DNA of 64,000 bases. It comes from the human T2T-CHM13v2.0 reference genome, Homo sapiens. The translations under genes and the position numbers were made by a program. The notes beneath the pieces are model-generated. The model saw nothing but the letters and a program-made list of their open reading frames with translations. It was not told the origin of the DNA and did no database searches. This document shows positions 13,191 through 26,270 of the stretch, in pieces (positions within the stretch are counted from its first letter, which is position 1; every line of letters starts with the position of its first letter). The stretch lies in assembly GCF_009914755.1 (NCBI RefSeq), contig NC_060927.1; one strand, written 5' to 3'.

Positions 13191-16100
13191 AGATAAATCA
13201 AAATAAGCAATAGTTATGGAGCATTAGCATTTAAGTGTAAATTGTTTAACTGATGTCAGTATTTCTTCTAATCTTACTATAATTTTGTGTCATAAGACAA
13301 GTATGTCAATATTTTGCTTAACTCTTTTAGCGAGTTTTAAAAAATTAGCGACAATAATTGTATTTCTTAGTGGCTTAGCAGAGGGTTTTTACTTTCTCCT
13401 TTTTATATGTTTGAATTGTCTGAACTTTTCACAATGATCGTGTAATTTCAAGTTGGTCACATTCACCACACTTTATGCAATATATACATCTCTGAAACTC
13501 TTGCATAATAAATACTTGCAAAATCCAAGACTTACTTCGTTAGAGCAGAGCCAGTATTTCTGTCTGACACTTATAGTGGTGCCACTGTGGGCAACAGTAC
13601 AAACACAATTATAATTCACTATCATTTTCAAATTAACATTATTTTAAAATTTATAAATAGACTTTTAAGTTATTTTGTAGTAACAAAAATTTATGCAAGT
13701 CAAATACACATAAAAGGCAACTACACTGCACTTTTACAGGAAAAAATGTATTTGCTTTTTGTACAGTTATATGTTTGAATAGAATATACCCTCATATCTT
13801 TGATTTATAATTTTTATTTGCACAGTTTAGACTCTATTCAGGCAAGGATGCCCTATCCAGGCATGGTAAGCCACCTATTGACTGATAACAAGTTGTAGGT
13901 GAATCACATAAGAGAAGAATAAAGCCCAAGATCTCCTTGACAAATCAAAATTCAAAGGGAGGGTAAATATGTACAACTATTATGTATTCATAATAATTAA
14001 AAATAAAATATTTTAAAAAGGGAGAGTGTTATATATATCTATCTAAATTTCTATATATTAAGTAAAAAAAGTATGACTACTTTTGTATAATCTTTAAACA
14101 ATACACAGAATTTAAATGTTCTTATTATCTCTGTAGTTTCTATCTCATCCAGTCTCTGAGAAACCGAAAAAATGGAGAGTCTTTAACTGAAAGATGCTAG
14201 AGTCACCTCAGTGGCCATTTGAAGACCCACTGTATCTTCTGTGCCTTGAAAAGAAACCCTGGGTGATCTGTTCTTTGTCCACCTTAGTTGTATATGGGGT
14301 GAGGGGGGTGAGAGATGGTTTGAACATTTTCATTTAGCTGAATTGGATATAACTGAAGAAATAAAAAAAGAATAGATGCTGAATGAAACAAGAGGAACAG
14401 ACATCCAGAAGTGAGGCACCTTGTGACTGACCGCTACCTGACCTGACACATCACACGCCATACACACAATAACTGGTTTCCACTTCTACTTCCTCCTTTA
14501 ATAGAACATAGAAGTCTTTTTTTCTTATCCTGGTTCACAATCATCAAAATATTTTTTGGCTCTTTTCACTGGTAAAAAGTATCTATAATCTCTCCGATAA
14601 ACTAAAAGCACTTTCTTCTTCAAACAGAATGTTACTGATGTGGGGAACATCTTGAGAAAATGCTCTACTTTCTAAAGTAGCCTTGTGACTGGTCTCAAGA
14701 CAGAAACACTTAAATAGAATCCTATGAAGAGCCACCATCCTCCACACACATATCTTTTCATGAAATGTGGGAAGTGGGAGGCAGGAGAGGGCTTCAGAAA
14801 CATTTTTGTGAGATGGTTTATGGAATGGAGTTTAGGTACACATAAACCTAGACAGACATACAAATATATACTTGTTTACCCAGGTTGAAATTCTGAACCT
14901 TCTGAAGTCTGTCATTCATGAGAAGGTATTTAATTATTCATAGACTGGTTACAAAATTTGTACTTATTTTCCAGGAAATGTAAGTAGAAAAAGACATGGT
15001 TCTGGTGTTAAATAAAACCCTATCTGTGCAGAAGACATTTGATTCATTGTTCAAAACACATTCATGCCTACAAAAATATGACTCCTGTTTAGGTGCCAAA
15101 GCTGGTCAGAGGCTGGCTTACATGCTGCATAAGTGTTTTTTGCTTCCACCCTGCTTGGATGTAGTCTGATAAATAATACTGCATGTCCATGGGCTTTAAC
15201 TATATTATTAATCATCATTTAGAAAATGTACATATTTGTGTACATTTATTTCCATAAGCAATTTCATTTTTCCCATTCATCTTCCTACATTTATTAAAAC
15301 ACTAAAATTTTAATATGATATGAAAAATGTACATTAAAAATATTAGATTGGGGCTCCTTGGTGCTTTCCCTCTGCTTACAATTAGTGCTTTAAAAAGAAT
15401 AAATACTCATAATTACACATTTCTGGCTTTTCTGAAATGCTTGTCATTATTTTCATGCCACAATGTGATTTATAGCTTAAGTGAATAAGGTCCATTAAAG
15501 AGTTGAGACTGATCAAAAGCGGGAGATTTGAGTATCCAGAGGTTGTTTTCAACTTCACAAATGCCATACATTTGTTCTTTAAACCCTAACTCCCTAATTT
15601 TCTTGCTATAGCGTACAAAAAGAATAGAAACATTCAATAATTGGCCTCTTAATTATATAAAAATAGTCCTTCTCCAAAGAAGCATAACAAGAATTTTAAC
15701 ATAAACTTTCTCGTAATCCCTCAACTTCTCTACTAATGTATTACCAAAAATAAAATTTCAGGGCAGCCTTTCTGACTACATTGTTTAAACCAATTCAACA
15801 TAGCATATGGTCTCCACACACAAAAGTATAGGAAATACAAGTTGTTAATAAGATGTTGTGTTATATGACAGGTTGCCAATGCTCATGCAATACCCACTGG
15901 ATAACAGCTATCTAACTTTAAGATATTAGATTTGTTTTAAATCAAAAGAAACTTAGCCTAAAGTCATTTATGCTGACCTAGATGCAGCCACAGAAAATCA
16001 GCAAGTGAGAGATAGAGGAATGTTTGCTACAAATAAGGATAATTACCTGCAAATTAAGAGGTAATCAGTTTTCAACACGAAGAGCCAAAGGACTACTCTT

Positions 16101-16634
16101 GTATTACTATCTCCACCATTCTCTCCCAGAATCCTAACTCCGAAACTGCAGACCAAAAGTCTATGGGAAATTGGTAATTTAATGAGACAATAAACATTTA
16201 AGAACTATAATGACAGTAGTCTGCCTCTTTGAAGGAAGATGTAAAAGGATATTTTCTGTGACTGCTGAGATAATAATCATGTTTGAAGTCTATTGACTTC
16301 AAGGGATTTCTGGTAGGTGCTTAGCTAGCACCTACCACCAGAATTCCCAAGTATACCAGGAGGGGCTTAAATATAAAGTATTTGATTGTTTTCTCATGTT
16401 AAGTCTACAATATCAAGAAATAAAGAGTGTTGTTTTGAAGAAATCAAGCAACTGAAAGCATTTCAGGTGTTTCATAAGTCATCAGAATTCATCTGTGTGA
16501 TAGGCACAGTTCAGTTTTACTCTTCTAATCAAGATGTTGTTGATTTTCAAGAAGCTAATATAAAATACAGCATAATTTCATGCAATTTTTAAGGTGCATG
16601 CCTCTATCTTAAATATCCAGATAAATGGTATATC

Positions 16635-17145
16635 GGATACACTTTTGGCTGCAATTAAGGAAAGCTCTAACAATGGGGTTAAATTATAAGGAAATTTCTA
16701 TTTTGCTTAACAATAAGTCTAAAAATGTGTTCAGTATCACAATAGTATAATCAAAGTCTTTGATTACCATAACCTTTGGACTTGATCACTTTGATGTGTT
16801 ACCTTTTCACTTCCATGCTCATTGCTTCATGGTCCCAAAAGGGCTGCTGAAGTTCCAGGAATCATATCCAGCAGCAAGGCAGGAAGATGAGGTAAAGAAT
16901 GTCATTAAGCTTCTCTCCTCTTACGCTACTATCTTTAGTAAAAAAAGCAAAGGTTTTTCCAGAAATCCCCAGAAACTCCCTCTTAAATTTAACTGGTCAA
17001 GACTGTATCACATGGTCACTTTTAGTAGTAACATGATTGAAAATAATATATTTGGCCCTTTCAGCTTTTATAGAGGAAAGTGGAAAGGGGCAAAGGTGTT
17101 GTTAATGGCTTTTATGTCAGCCAATCGCCAAGGTCTGCTAAATTA
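16635..17145 (-). mobile_element. MLT1J/K-type MaLR LTR
   Basis: ttggctgcaa...catggtcccaaaagggctgctgaagttccagg...ctggtcaagactgtatcacatggtcac. Confidence 0.65.
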
Positions 17146-17207
17146 GAATAAGGTAAATGCCAATAGCCTGATAATAGGGTTTCGCTAATTGAAATAAGAA
17201 ATAAGGA

Positions 17208-17245
17208 GCTCCAGTTGCACAATCGGTTAGCAAGTTGTACTTATA
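17208..17245 (+). pseudogene. Tailless retropseudogene of the tRNA-Ile(TAT) 5' exon
   Basis: 32/38 match to recalled GCTCCAGTGGCGCAATCGGTTAGCGCGCGGTACTTATA; direct repeat aaataagga at 17199-17207 and 17248-17256; no poly-A. Confidence 0.85.
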
Positions 17246-17384
17246 TAAAATAAGGAATAAACAAATCTTTTCTATACAGGATGGAGGAGTTAGAAAAAGA
17301 AGCTATTAGCTTTCCTGTAGCTCCTTTGATCCCTTTTATGTCCTGTTACCACTGGGTTTGAACCAGTCTCCCTCAAATTGGTAT

Positions 17385-17680
17385 TTTATTTTATATTTTT
17401 TGAGACAGTCTCACTCTGTCGTCCAGGCTGGAGTGCAGTGCACGATCCCGGCTCACTGCAACCTCTGCCTCCTGGGTTTCAAGCGATTCTTCTGCCTCAG
17501 CCTCCCGAGTGGCTGGGATTACAGGTGTGTGCCACCATGCCTGGCTAACTTTTTTATTTTTAGTAGAGACGGGGTTTCACCACGTTGGCCAGGCTAGTCT
17601 CAAACCCCTGACCTCAAGTGATCAGCAGCCTCCATTTCCCAAAGTGCTGGGATTACAGGAGCGAGCCACCATGCCCAGCC
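17385..17680 (-). mobile_element. AluS
   Basis: Full dimer; TSD aattggtatttta/aattagtatttta. Confidence 0.96.
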
Positions 17681-17719
17681 TAATTAGTATTTTAAATACT
17701 ATGTTTTAGCATAGTTTAT

Positions 17720-18120
17720 ATAGTAATAATAGATTATACCTCAAAATAATTATTTTATACAAAACAGTAATGTGAATGAGCAAAATACAAATATATAAAA
17801 CAGCATAAATGAATCTCATATTCTTGAGTAGGAAAGAAAGACACAAACAAGTACATGTTATGATTTTATTTACATAAAGTTCAAAGGCAGGAAAAATTAA
17901 TGTGGTAATAAAAGTCAGACAGCAGCTTTTTTTGTGGAGACAGAGTGTGACTGGAAGAGGATATGAGGGAGACTTCTAAGATACAGTATTATTCTGTCTC
18001 TGGATATGGGTCCTGGGTTTTTTTTGTTTTGTTAAGATCTGTTAAGCTATACATCAATGGTCTTTGCATATGTATATGTGCATATACAATATTTCAATAT
18101 AATTAAAACAAACAAAAATG
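17720..18120 (+). mobile_element. L1ME-type 3' end
   Basis: gcataaatgaatctca...tatgattttatttacataaagttcaaaggcagg...gactggaagagg. Confidence 0.7.
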
Positions 18121-19679
18121 TAATAAGAGAATCACTTGCTTTGATTTATTATGGCTGAGTACCACTAAAATAATAAGATTTGGAAATTTTAATATTTAGG
18201 TATTTGGGGACCTATCTCCATATATTGCCTGTATAAGATGAAAGCTAGTTATCTCTCAAATCTGATGGATTGATTTCATCTCAATTGGTTGTTCAAGGTG
18301 AATTATTTGGATGAAATAAAAATAAATCAATAAATACACACACATACGTTCACATGTATATGGATGTCTGTTTAGGAATTGTTAAAGTTCTGCTCTAAAT
18401 ATTTTTCGTTCCCACAGAATATTCACAGAAAACTTGATCCAGTTGAGGTTGCAAGTTTTAAACTTTAGCTCCAAGAGGCCCGCAAACATACTTTCTTGTA
18501 TAAATTTCTGTGCATAGTAGTAGTATCTTCTACAGAAGGAATGGTGTTTTCTGCCAAGTTGAATTAAGTGCACAGAGCATGACTTTTCAGGGAACACTGT
18601 AACTATTGTATTACATGGTGAAAACACTGCTACTTATATTTTCACTGCAAAAATACAGTAGTCTTCAAATATATTCATGACTTACATAGAAAAGGGCTAG
18701 AATTCAGTAGCCCTAGCCAGTGTCAAAGTTCATTTTATACCATTTTATGAAAAATAATAATTAATTTAAATCTCCAGATAAATGTGCCTATTTATATGTA
18801 GACATGACCTAGCAAGGAAAACTATATAACACAAGATGTATGATAGCAAGGAAGCAAGTCTTCTAAAAACTGGGTCTGATTCTGTAATCCACACAGAATC
18901 TTGTATGAATTAACTATCCAGGAAGGAAAACTAAGAGCTACATTCTAGTTTTCAAAGATAGAAAAAAGTCTTAGGAATCATGGGGAAGAAGAAACTGCTG
19001 AGATGTGAAATACAGTGGGTTAAAGAGTATTCTGTAAAAGACAATGTGGTAGAAGATAAATAAGCAGATTTATAATTTGTTCCTATGAACCTTCTCTACT
19101 TGCAACTTGCTAAAAGTCATGTTTTAATTAACTGGACAGGGATCCCTTTCTTCTCAGCATAGCTCCAAATATGTCCTTGGCATATTTAAAACTGCATAAA
19201 ATAAGCAATAATGCCCTGACAATTCTGGCTTCAAAAACTGGCCATTTTATCCCTGAGTAGTTTTCCTGAAATGAAGGGCCAGCACTCTCAAGGCAGGCTT
19301 TTGACTCCTGTACCAAACTATAATTCACTTCTAACCTATAAACCCAGATAGAGAGTAGTGGAATGAAGGAGAGCTTTCTAATATCATATAAATCTATAAA
19401 ATAGAGAGTCTTTGGTAGGAGCAAATACACATCATAAAATTATGTCCTCTACCTTTAGCAGCTGGGAAACATTACACACTACCACAATTCAATGGTGCCC
19501 TTTTAATTGCACATGCTTAAACAAAATACCGCATTATAATTACATTTGGCATTTCAAAGAGTCAAGAGTTCAAAACTGGAATGTGTTAGAATGAGAAAAA
19601 TTATAACCAAATATCCCACATCAGGATGCAGCTTTTTGGACAAGCACAGTAATTCAGTTTCGGTATTTCATAAAAAGTG

Positions 19680-20465
19680 GTTTATTTCACTTTGCAATTT
19701 TCCATTTATTAGAAAATATCATTCATACAAAACAATATATAAATGCATATATTGACTTAAATAATTTTAGTAAATGATGCACCTATGTGTCCACTGCTGA
19801 GGTTAAGAAATAGAGACTGGCCAGTTTTTTCCAAATCCTCTATACATCTTCCCAATTATATCACCTTCCCATCCTACAAACAGAGGTTTTCGTCATTTTG
19901 ACTTTTATAATAATCATCCCACGTTCTTTCGGCTTTAAATGATTTTACCACTTATGGATATATTTCTCCTATTTTTGAACCTTATGAATATGAATTCCTA
20001 CACTATAATGTCTATGTCTTACTTATTTCATTCAATATGAGGTTTGGGTAGATTCACTGGGCAAAGCTCACATGTAACTGTCTCTCATTCAGTTTCCCTG
20101 CTGAACAGTGTTCCACCTTAAAACCAGTCTACAATGTATTTTCCATTCTACCATTGTCGGACATTTTGGTTATTTCCTGTAATATGTTATTAATTTTTAT
20201 ACATTTATTCCAGGAGTGAAATCCTTAGATCATATATTATGAGCATATTCAAACTTCCTATGAAATGTTGATCTATTTTTTAAATGTTTGGGCCAATTTA
20301 TACATCATACCACCAATATTCATAAGTTCCTGTTGCTCCACATATATGCCAACATGACAGTGTCAGATTTAGTTTTTCACCTAAAGATTGGGTAAGACAT
20401 GGTAACTCTTGTGGTTCTAACTTGCTTTTTTATTGCTAGTGAAGTTAGGCATCTTCTCATATTCC
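19680..20465 (-). mobile_element. L1ME-type 3' region
   Basis: Antisense L1 motifs (ggacattttggttatttcc, aagttcctgttgctccacat). Confidence 0.7.
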
Positions 20466-20477
20466 ATAGTTTGAATG

Positions 20478-20773
20478 TAAGTGAGTAGAGTACAATGAGA
20501 TATTTTGAGAGAGAGAAAGAGACCACATTCACCTAACTTGTATTACAGCATAACATTTAATTATTCTATTTTATTATTAGTTATTGTTGTGAATATATTA
20601 CCCTGCCTACTTTGTAAATTAAACTTTATCATAGGTATGTATTTATGGGAGGGAAACATAGTGTGTACACACACACACACACACACACACACACGGTTTA
20701 GTAGCATCCTCAGTTTCAGTCGTCCACTAGGGATCTTGGAACATATCCCCTGAGGATAAGGGGGAGACCACTG
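20478..20773 (+). mobile_element. MER2 (Tigger-family MITE), partial, with internal (CA)n
   Basis: gtacaatgagatattttgagagagag...cttggaacatatcccctgaggataagggggagaccactg followed by TA. Confidence 0.85.
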
Positions 20774-21104
20774 TATTGAGAATTTTGTGTTTCTTTTGAA
20801 TTGTTAAACATGTTAGTCTTTGTCTTGCTTTTTTGTTCTGGATACTTCTTTTTTAGGAACTTTTAAGTATAAAATCAGCTTCTTTAATAGACAGAGGACT
20901 AGTTGAGTTGCCTATTTATCTTGAAATTCTCTGTTATTATTCTTTTGATATCTTTGGATTTTGTAACGAAATCCTCTCTCTCTTTCCTAGTATTGGTAAT
21001 TTACATCCTCTATTTTTTTCTTTGTTAATCATTGTAGATATTTATTAAGTTTATTGGTCTTGCTTTTTTTTTTTTTAAAGCACAATTTAAAAAATTTGTT
21101 CATT

Positions 21105-21428
21105 GGCCAGGCGCGGTGGCTCACGCCTGTAATCCCAGCACTTTGGGAGGCGGAGGTGGACAGATCACGAGGTCAGGAGATCGAGACCATCCTGGCTAAC
21201 ACGGTGAAACCCCGTCTCTACTAAAAATACAAAAAATTAGCCAGGCGTGGTGGCGCCGCCTGTAGTCCCAGCTACTCAGGAAGCTGAGGCAGGAGAATGG
21301 CGTGAACCCTGGAGGCGGAGCTTGCAGTGAGTTGAGGCCTGGCCACTGCTCTCCAGCCTGGGGGACAGAGAGAGACTCCGTCTCAAAAAAAAAAAAAAAG
21401 AAAAAAGAAAAGAAAAGAAAAAGAAAAA
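21105..21428 (+). mobile_element. AluY
   Basis: gagatcgagaccatcctggctaacacgg and gagaatggcgtgaacc; TSD aaaaatttgtt(c/t)att. Confidence 0.97.
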
Positions 21429-21483
21429 TTTGTTTATTGTTTTCTGTTTTCAATTTTAACAATTTCTGTTCTTATATGTATTA

Positions 21484-21873
21484 CAAGATGCATTGCTTAA
21501 CGACAGGGATATGCTCTGAGAAATGCATTGTTAGGCAATTTTGTTGTACAAACATCAGAGTGTATTTACACAAACCTAGATGGTATGACCTCCTGCACAT
21601 CTGATATAGCACTAGGCTATATGGTATGCCTATTGCTGCTAGGCTACAAACCTATACAGTATGTTGCTCTACTGAATACTGCAGGCAACCACAACAGAAT
21701 GGCACTTGTGTATCTATGTTTAGATACACAGATATAGCAAAGTTCATGCAATGCACTGGGACCTACAATGTCAACTAGGTGATAGGAATTTTCCTGCTCC
21801 ATTATAATCTTTTGGGACTACTGTCGTACATGCAGTCCATCATTGACCAAAATACTGTTGTGACACATAACTG
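21484..21873 (+). mobile_element. Tigger3-family MITE
   Basis: gcttaacgacagggatatgctctgagaaatgc...acacaaacctagatggtat; flanked by TA. Confidence 0.85.
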
Positions 21874-22656
21874 TATTTTCTTCTGCTTCTTATTTTACTA
21901 TTGTTTTTATAGTTTCTTATACCGGAAATTGAGATTACAGAGACTTTCCTCCTTTTATAATGTATGTATTTACTGTTACACATCTTCCCTTTGTGCATTG
22001 CTTTAACTAAATTTGACTTAATTTGTTATGTTGCATTTTCATTCAAAATGTGTTCTAATTTCTCTTGAAACATTTTCTTTGACTCATATTATTTTGAATC
22101 ATGAGCTTTAATTTTCAAATATTTGAAGGTTTTGTTTTTTTCTTTTGTTATTTATTTCTAGTATAATTCCATTATGGTCAGAGAACATACTTTGTGTGAT
22201 TTCAATTATGTTTGTTAATGTGTGACTATGAGCCAGAATATCATCTATCTTGATGAATATTCCATGTGTCCCTCAAAATAATGTGTATTTTGCTATCTTT
22301 GGATAGAATTCTATAAAAATCAAGTAGATAAAGTTGGTTGATGGCATTGTTTTGTTCTTCTATATCCTTGCTAACTCTGTTAACTAGTCCTTTCTGTTAC
22401 TAAGAAAGAAATGTTGACTGTCCAACTATATTTGCTGATATGTCTATTTTTTCTTTCAATGCTGTAGGTTTTTGCTTTGTGTGTTTTGAAGATCTGTGGC
22501 TTAGCTCATATAAATTGATAATTCTTATGTCTTCTTGGTAAATTAAGCCTTTTTATTATGTAATGTCCATCTTTATTCCTGGTAATCTTTGCTCTGAGTC
22601 TGCTTTGTGATATTAACATAGTCATTCCAGTTTTTGTTTGATTAGTGTTTGTGTAG

Positions 22657-23008
22657 TGATATGGTTTGGCTGTGTCCCCACCCAAATCTCATCTTGAATT
22701 CCCACATGTTGTAGGAGGGACCCAGTAGGAAGTAATTGAATCATGGGGCAGGTCTTTCCCGTGCTGTTCTAATGATGGTGAATAAGTCTCACAAGATCTG
22801 ATGGTTTTATAAGGGTAAGTTTCTTCGAACAAGCTCTCTCTTTGCCTGCTGCTATCCACATAAGATGTGACTTGCTCCTCCTTGCCTTCTGCCATGATTG
22901 TGAGGCCTCCCCACCCATGTGGGACTGTAAGTCTATTAGACCTCTTTCTTTTGTAAATTGCCTAGTCTTGGGCTCATCTTTATTAACAGTGTGAAAAGGA
23001 CTAATATA
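22657..23008 (+). mobile_element. THE1 (THE1B-like) solo LTR
   Basis: tgatatggtttggctgtgtccccacccaaatctc...ggactaatata; 5-bp TSD tgtag/tgtgg. Confidence 0.93.
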
Positions 23009-23303
23009 TGTGGTATATTATTTTTCATCATTTTACTTTTAACCTATCTGTGTAACTATATTTTAAGTGGCTCTCTTTGCAGCATATAAGTAATTTTTAA
23101 AATCACTCCAACCATCTCTGTCTTTTAATTGGTGTGTCCAGACCATTTATGTTTAAATTAATTATTGATGGGTTTAGATTTAGGACTATCATTTTATTTT
23201 CTGGTTTTGTACTTATTCCCCTTATTTTATATTACTCTGTTTCCTATTTTAAGTCTTCTTTTGGGTAAAAGAATTCAAGATAAGAAGACTAACTTATTAC
23301 ATT

Positions 23304-23675
23304 TGCTTTGGTCTGAATATTTGTTTCCCCTCAAAGTTCACATGTTAAAATCCTAACCCCCAAGGTGATGGTTTTAAGAGGTAGGATCTTTGGGATTTGA
23401 TTAGATCACAAAGGTAGAGCCCTTATGAATGAGATTAGTGTACTCTTATTTTAAAAAAAGGCTTAAGGGAGGTTGTTTGCCACTTCCATCATGTGAGGAT
23501 ACACTAAGAAGGTGCCATCTATGAGCCAGGAAACAAGCTCTTAGCAGACACTAAATCTGCTACCCCTTGATCTTGGACTTCCCAGTCTTGAGAACTCTGA
23601 GAGATAAATTTCTGTTGTTTATAACCTACCCTGGTTTATCGTATTTCTTTAGAGAAGCCCAAATGAACTATGACA
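23304..23675 (+). mobile_element. MLT1A0-like solo LTR
   Basis: tgctttggtctgaat...atcctaacccccaaggtgatgg...ttgatcttggacttcccag...tatgaca; near TSD acatt/acttt. Confidence 0.85.
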
Positions 23676-23849
23676 ACTTTTCATTGAAATGTTGCTCTTT
23701 CTTTTCTTCTCCCTTAATTCCTGGAGTTTCAAGTGTTTTGTTTCAGAAACAATTTCCCTTCTATCTAAAAACCTTCCTTTAGAAATTCTTTTAAAGCATG
23801 ACTGATAGATACAAGTTCTTTCAGTTTTCTTTCATCTGAGGACATTTTT

Positions 23850-23944
23850 AATTTTATATCTAAATGAAATATCCTATCTAAATGAAATATCCTTCAGTAG
23901 TGAGAATTTCACTACTGAAGGATATTTCATTTAGATATAAAATT
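23850..23944. repeat. Perfect inverted repeat (hairpin) with an 18-bp tandem duplication in the left arm
   Basis: 23875-23903 is the exact reverse complement of 23909-23937; 23850-23874 is the exact reverse complement of 23920-23944. Confidence 0.95.
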
Positions 23945-24833
23945 CTGGATTAAACATAATAAAACATTTTCTTAATTAGGAATTGACAGTTTTTTCTTTC
24001 AGCATTTCTTCTTGTCTGCCATGATTTCTGATGAGAAGTATTGAAGTTTCTAAATCATTCTTCCCCTATAGTTAATGTGTCACTTTTCTTTGGCTGCTTT
24101 AAGCATTTTTTCTTCGTCTTCGGTTTTCAGCAGTTTTATTATGATATGTCTGTGCATAGATTTCTTTGAGTTTATCCTATTTGGGATTTGCTTCACTTCT
24201 TTTATACATTTTCTAAAAAATAAAGTTTGGAAGATTTCTGTCATTATTTTTTATTTTTTTCATCATTACCCTATCTTTCTGAAACTCCAGTGGCATGGTT
24301 AGATCTTCAGGTATCATCCTGTTGGTCCTTGAGATTTTGTTCTTTTGTAAGTTGTTTTCTTTGTCTTGTTTCGGTTAAATGAGTTTTTTCTCCTGATCCG
24401 TCTTCAAGTTCACTGACTCTGTGCTCCGTTATCTCCATCCTGCTGTTGAACTCAGTGAGATTTTTATTGGAGGATAGAAGAAGGTGTTTATTGTATTTTC
24501 CCATCCTAAAATTTCAGTTTGGTTCTTTATATCTTTGATTTCTTTGCTAAAGCTTTTTGTTTAACCTTTGTTGCAAGAGTGTTCACAATTGCTTCTGGAA
24601 ACATTTGTATAATAGCTACTTTAAAGTCTTTGTCAGCTAATTCCAACATCTATTGTCATCTCAGCTTTGCTGTCTGTTGATTGTCTTTTCTCATGTGAAT
24701 TGAAATGTTTGTGCTTCTTTCTATGCTGAGTCATTTTTGACATTTTGTGAATTACTTCAAGATTCTTTGGAGTCTTGTTTAAATTCTACGCAGATTGTTA
24801 ATATTTTGTTTCAGTAGGTTTGGGCCACAAGTT

Positions 24834-25098
<265 letters not shown>

Positions 25099-25804
25099 AC
25101 AAGTTCTAACCCACCCCCTATAGACTGTGGTTCCAGTGTTAGTTCAGTGTTCCAAACCTTTGTTGTGCTGTTTGCTCTCTCCTGGGTATGCACTCCACAG
25201 TGTTCAGTCTGGGACCTAGACTATCTGTTAGTTCAGTGCTCATAGATCTTTGATGTGCTGTTTGGGGTCAGATCTATGCATATGCAGGTTACATGAAAGT
25301 CCTATCATTCCTAAAGGACTTTCTTGGGTCACTTTTCTGAGCTCCTTTCTCTCCACAGTCTCCCCAGTACTTTGGCTTCCTGTGGCTTCATTTTTTGGTG
25401 GGCTGTCTCATGAAATTACTCTTGTCAAACTCTGTAATGCATTTCTATGATGGAGCACACATTCTCGCTCTACTGGAGCAAGGACTGAAAGATATAAAAA
25501 GCAATGGCATTTGCCCCATCCTTTTGAAAATGCAGCTACACCCGATGGCATCAAAGGTGCTCCTCCCTGAGAGCTATGGTTTTTGAGGTTTTCCGTAGCT
25601 TCTATCTCCATGGTTTTCCACGACTGGGATTAAGGTAGATTCTTCCTGAGAGGATTTCTCTTCATTTCTGGAAGTTATCTGAGTGCATTAACAATTTAAG
25701 ATCACTTAAAGTTAAATACTTGAATTTGTTCATATCACATAAGTAATATGAATTCTAACTTCAAATTGATATAAGATTAGACTTGTAGTTATAATACTGT
25801 AGGG

Positions 25805-26270
25805 TGTTAAAGAAAAACTTATTCTGACACTTGTTAAAACTATAAGGAAGACTTTATCAGAGCTATTGTAATCGATGTCCTGAATATTGTAATAGGTGGT
25901 CAAGATTGGGTTCAACTCTGAATACAGCAAAAGCAACAAGGTGTCTATAGCCTATGAGAAGAGTGAGGGGGTCATGAATGGAGAATTGCTAAGAGGAGAC
26001 ATCAAAGGTAGGGAATTCTGGCTAAACAGTCTTAACAGGGTTCTTACTGATAACAGGTCAGGGTGACCAGGTATGAAGAGTGGAGGATTCTCTCTAAATT
26101 GACTTGGCAGGATTTAAAAACTGGACTCATGGAACAGGGAAAAAAGGAATGAAGAATTCTTGCTAAAACTGGATTCAAAGAACAAGAATCAAAGACAGGG
26201 TCCTAGGATGAGGCCTGGTTCAAAAGAGGATTCACAGGAGCTGCTAAAGTTTGGTCAAAAAGAGGGTTTA
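25805..26270 (-). mobile_element. MER31-like ERV1 LTR
   Basis: tgttaaagaaaaacttattctgacacttgttaaaa...ctaagaggagacatcaaaggtagg. Confidence 0.8.

Noticed and set aside
21331-21350. Clustered mismatches in AluY (gttgaggcctggcc)
   Set aside because: Only a 9-bp inverted match to the Alu start; too short to separate from CpG decay and chance
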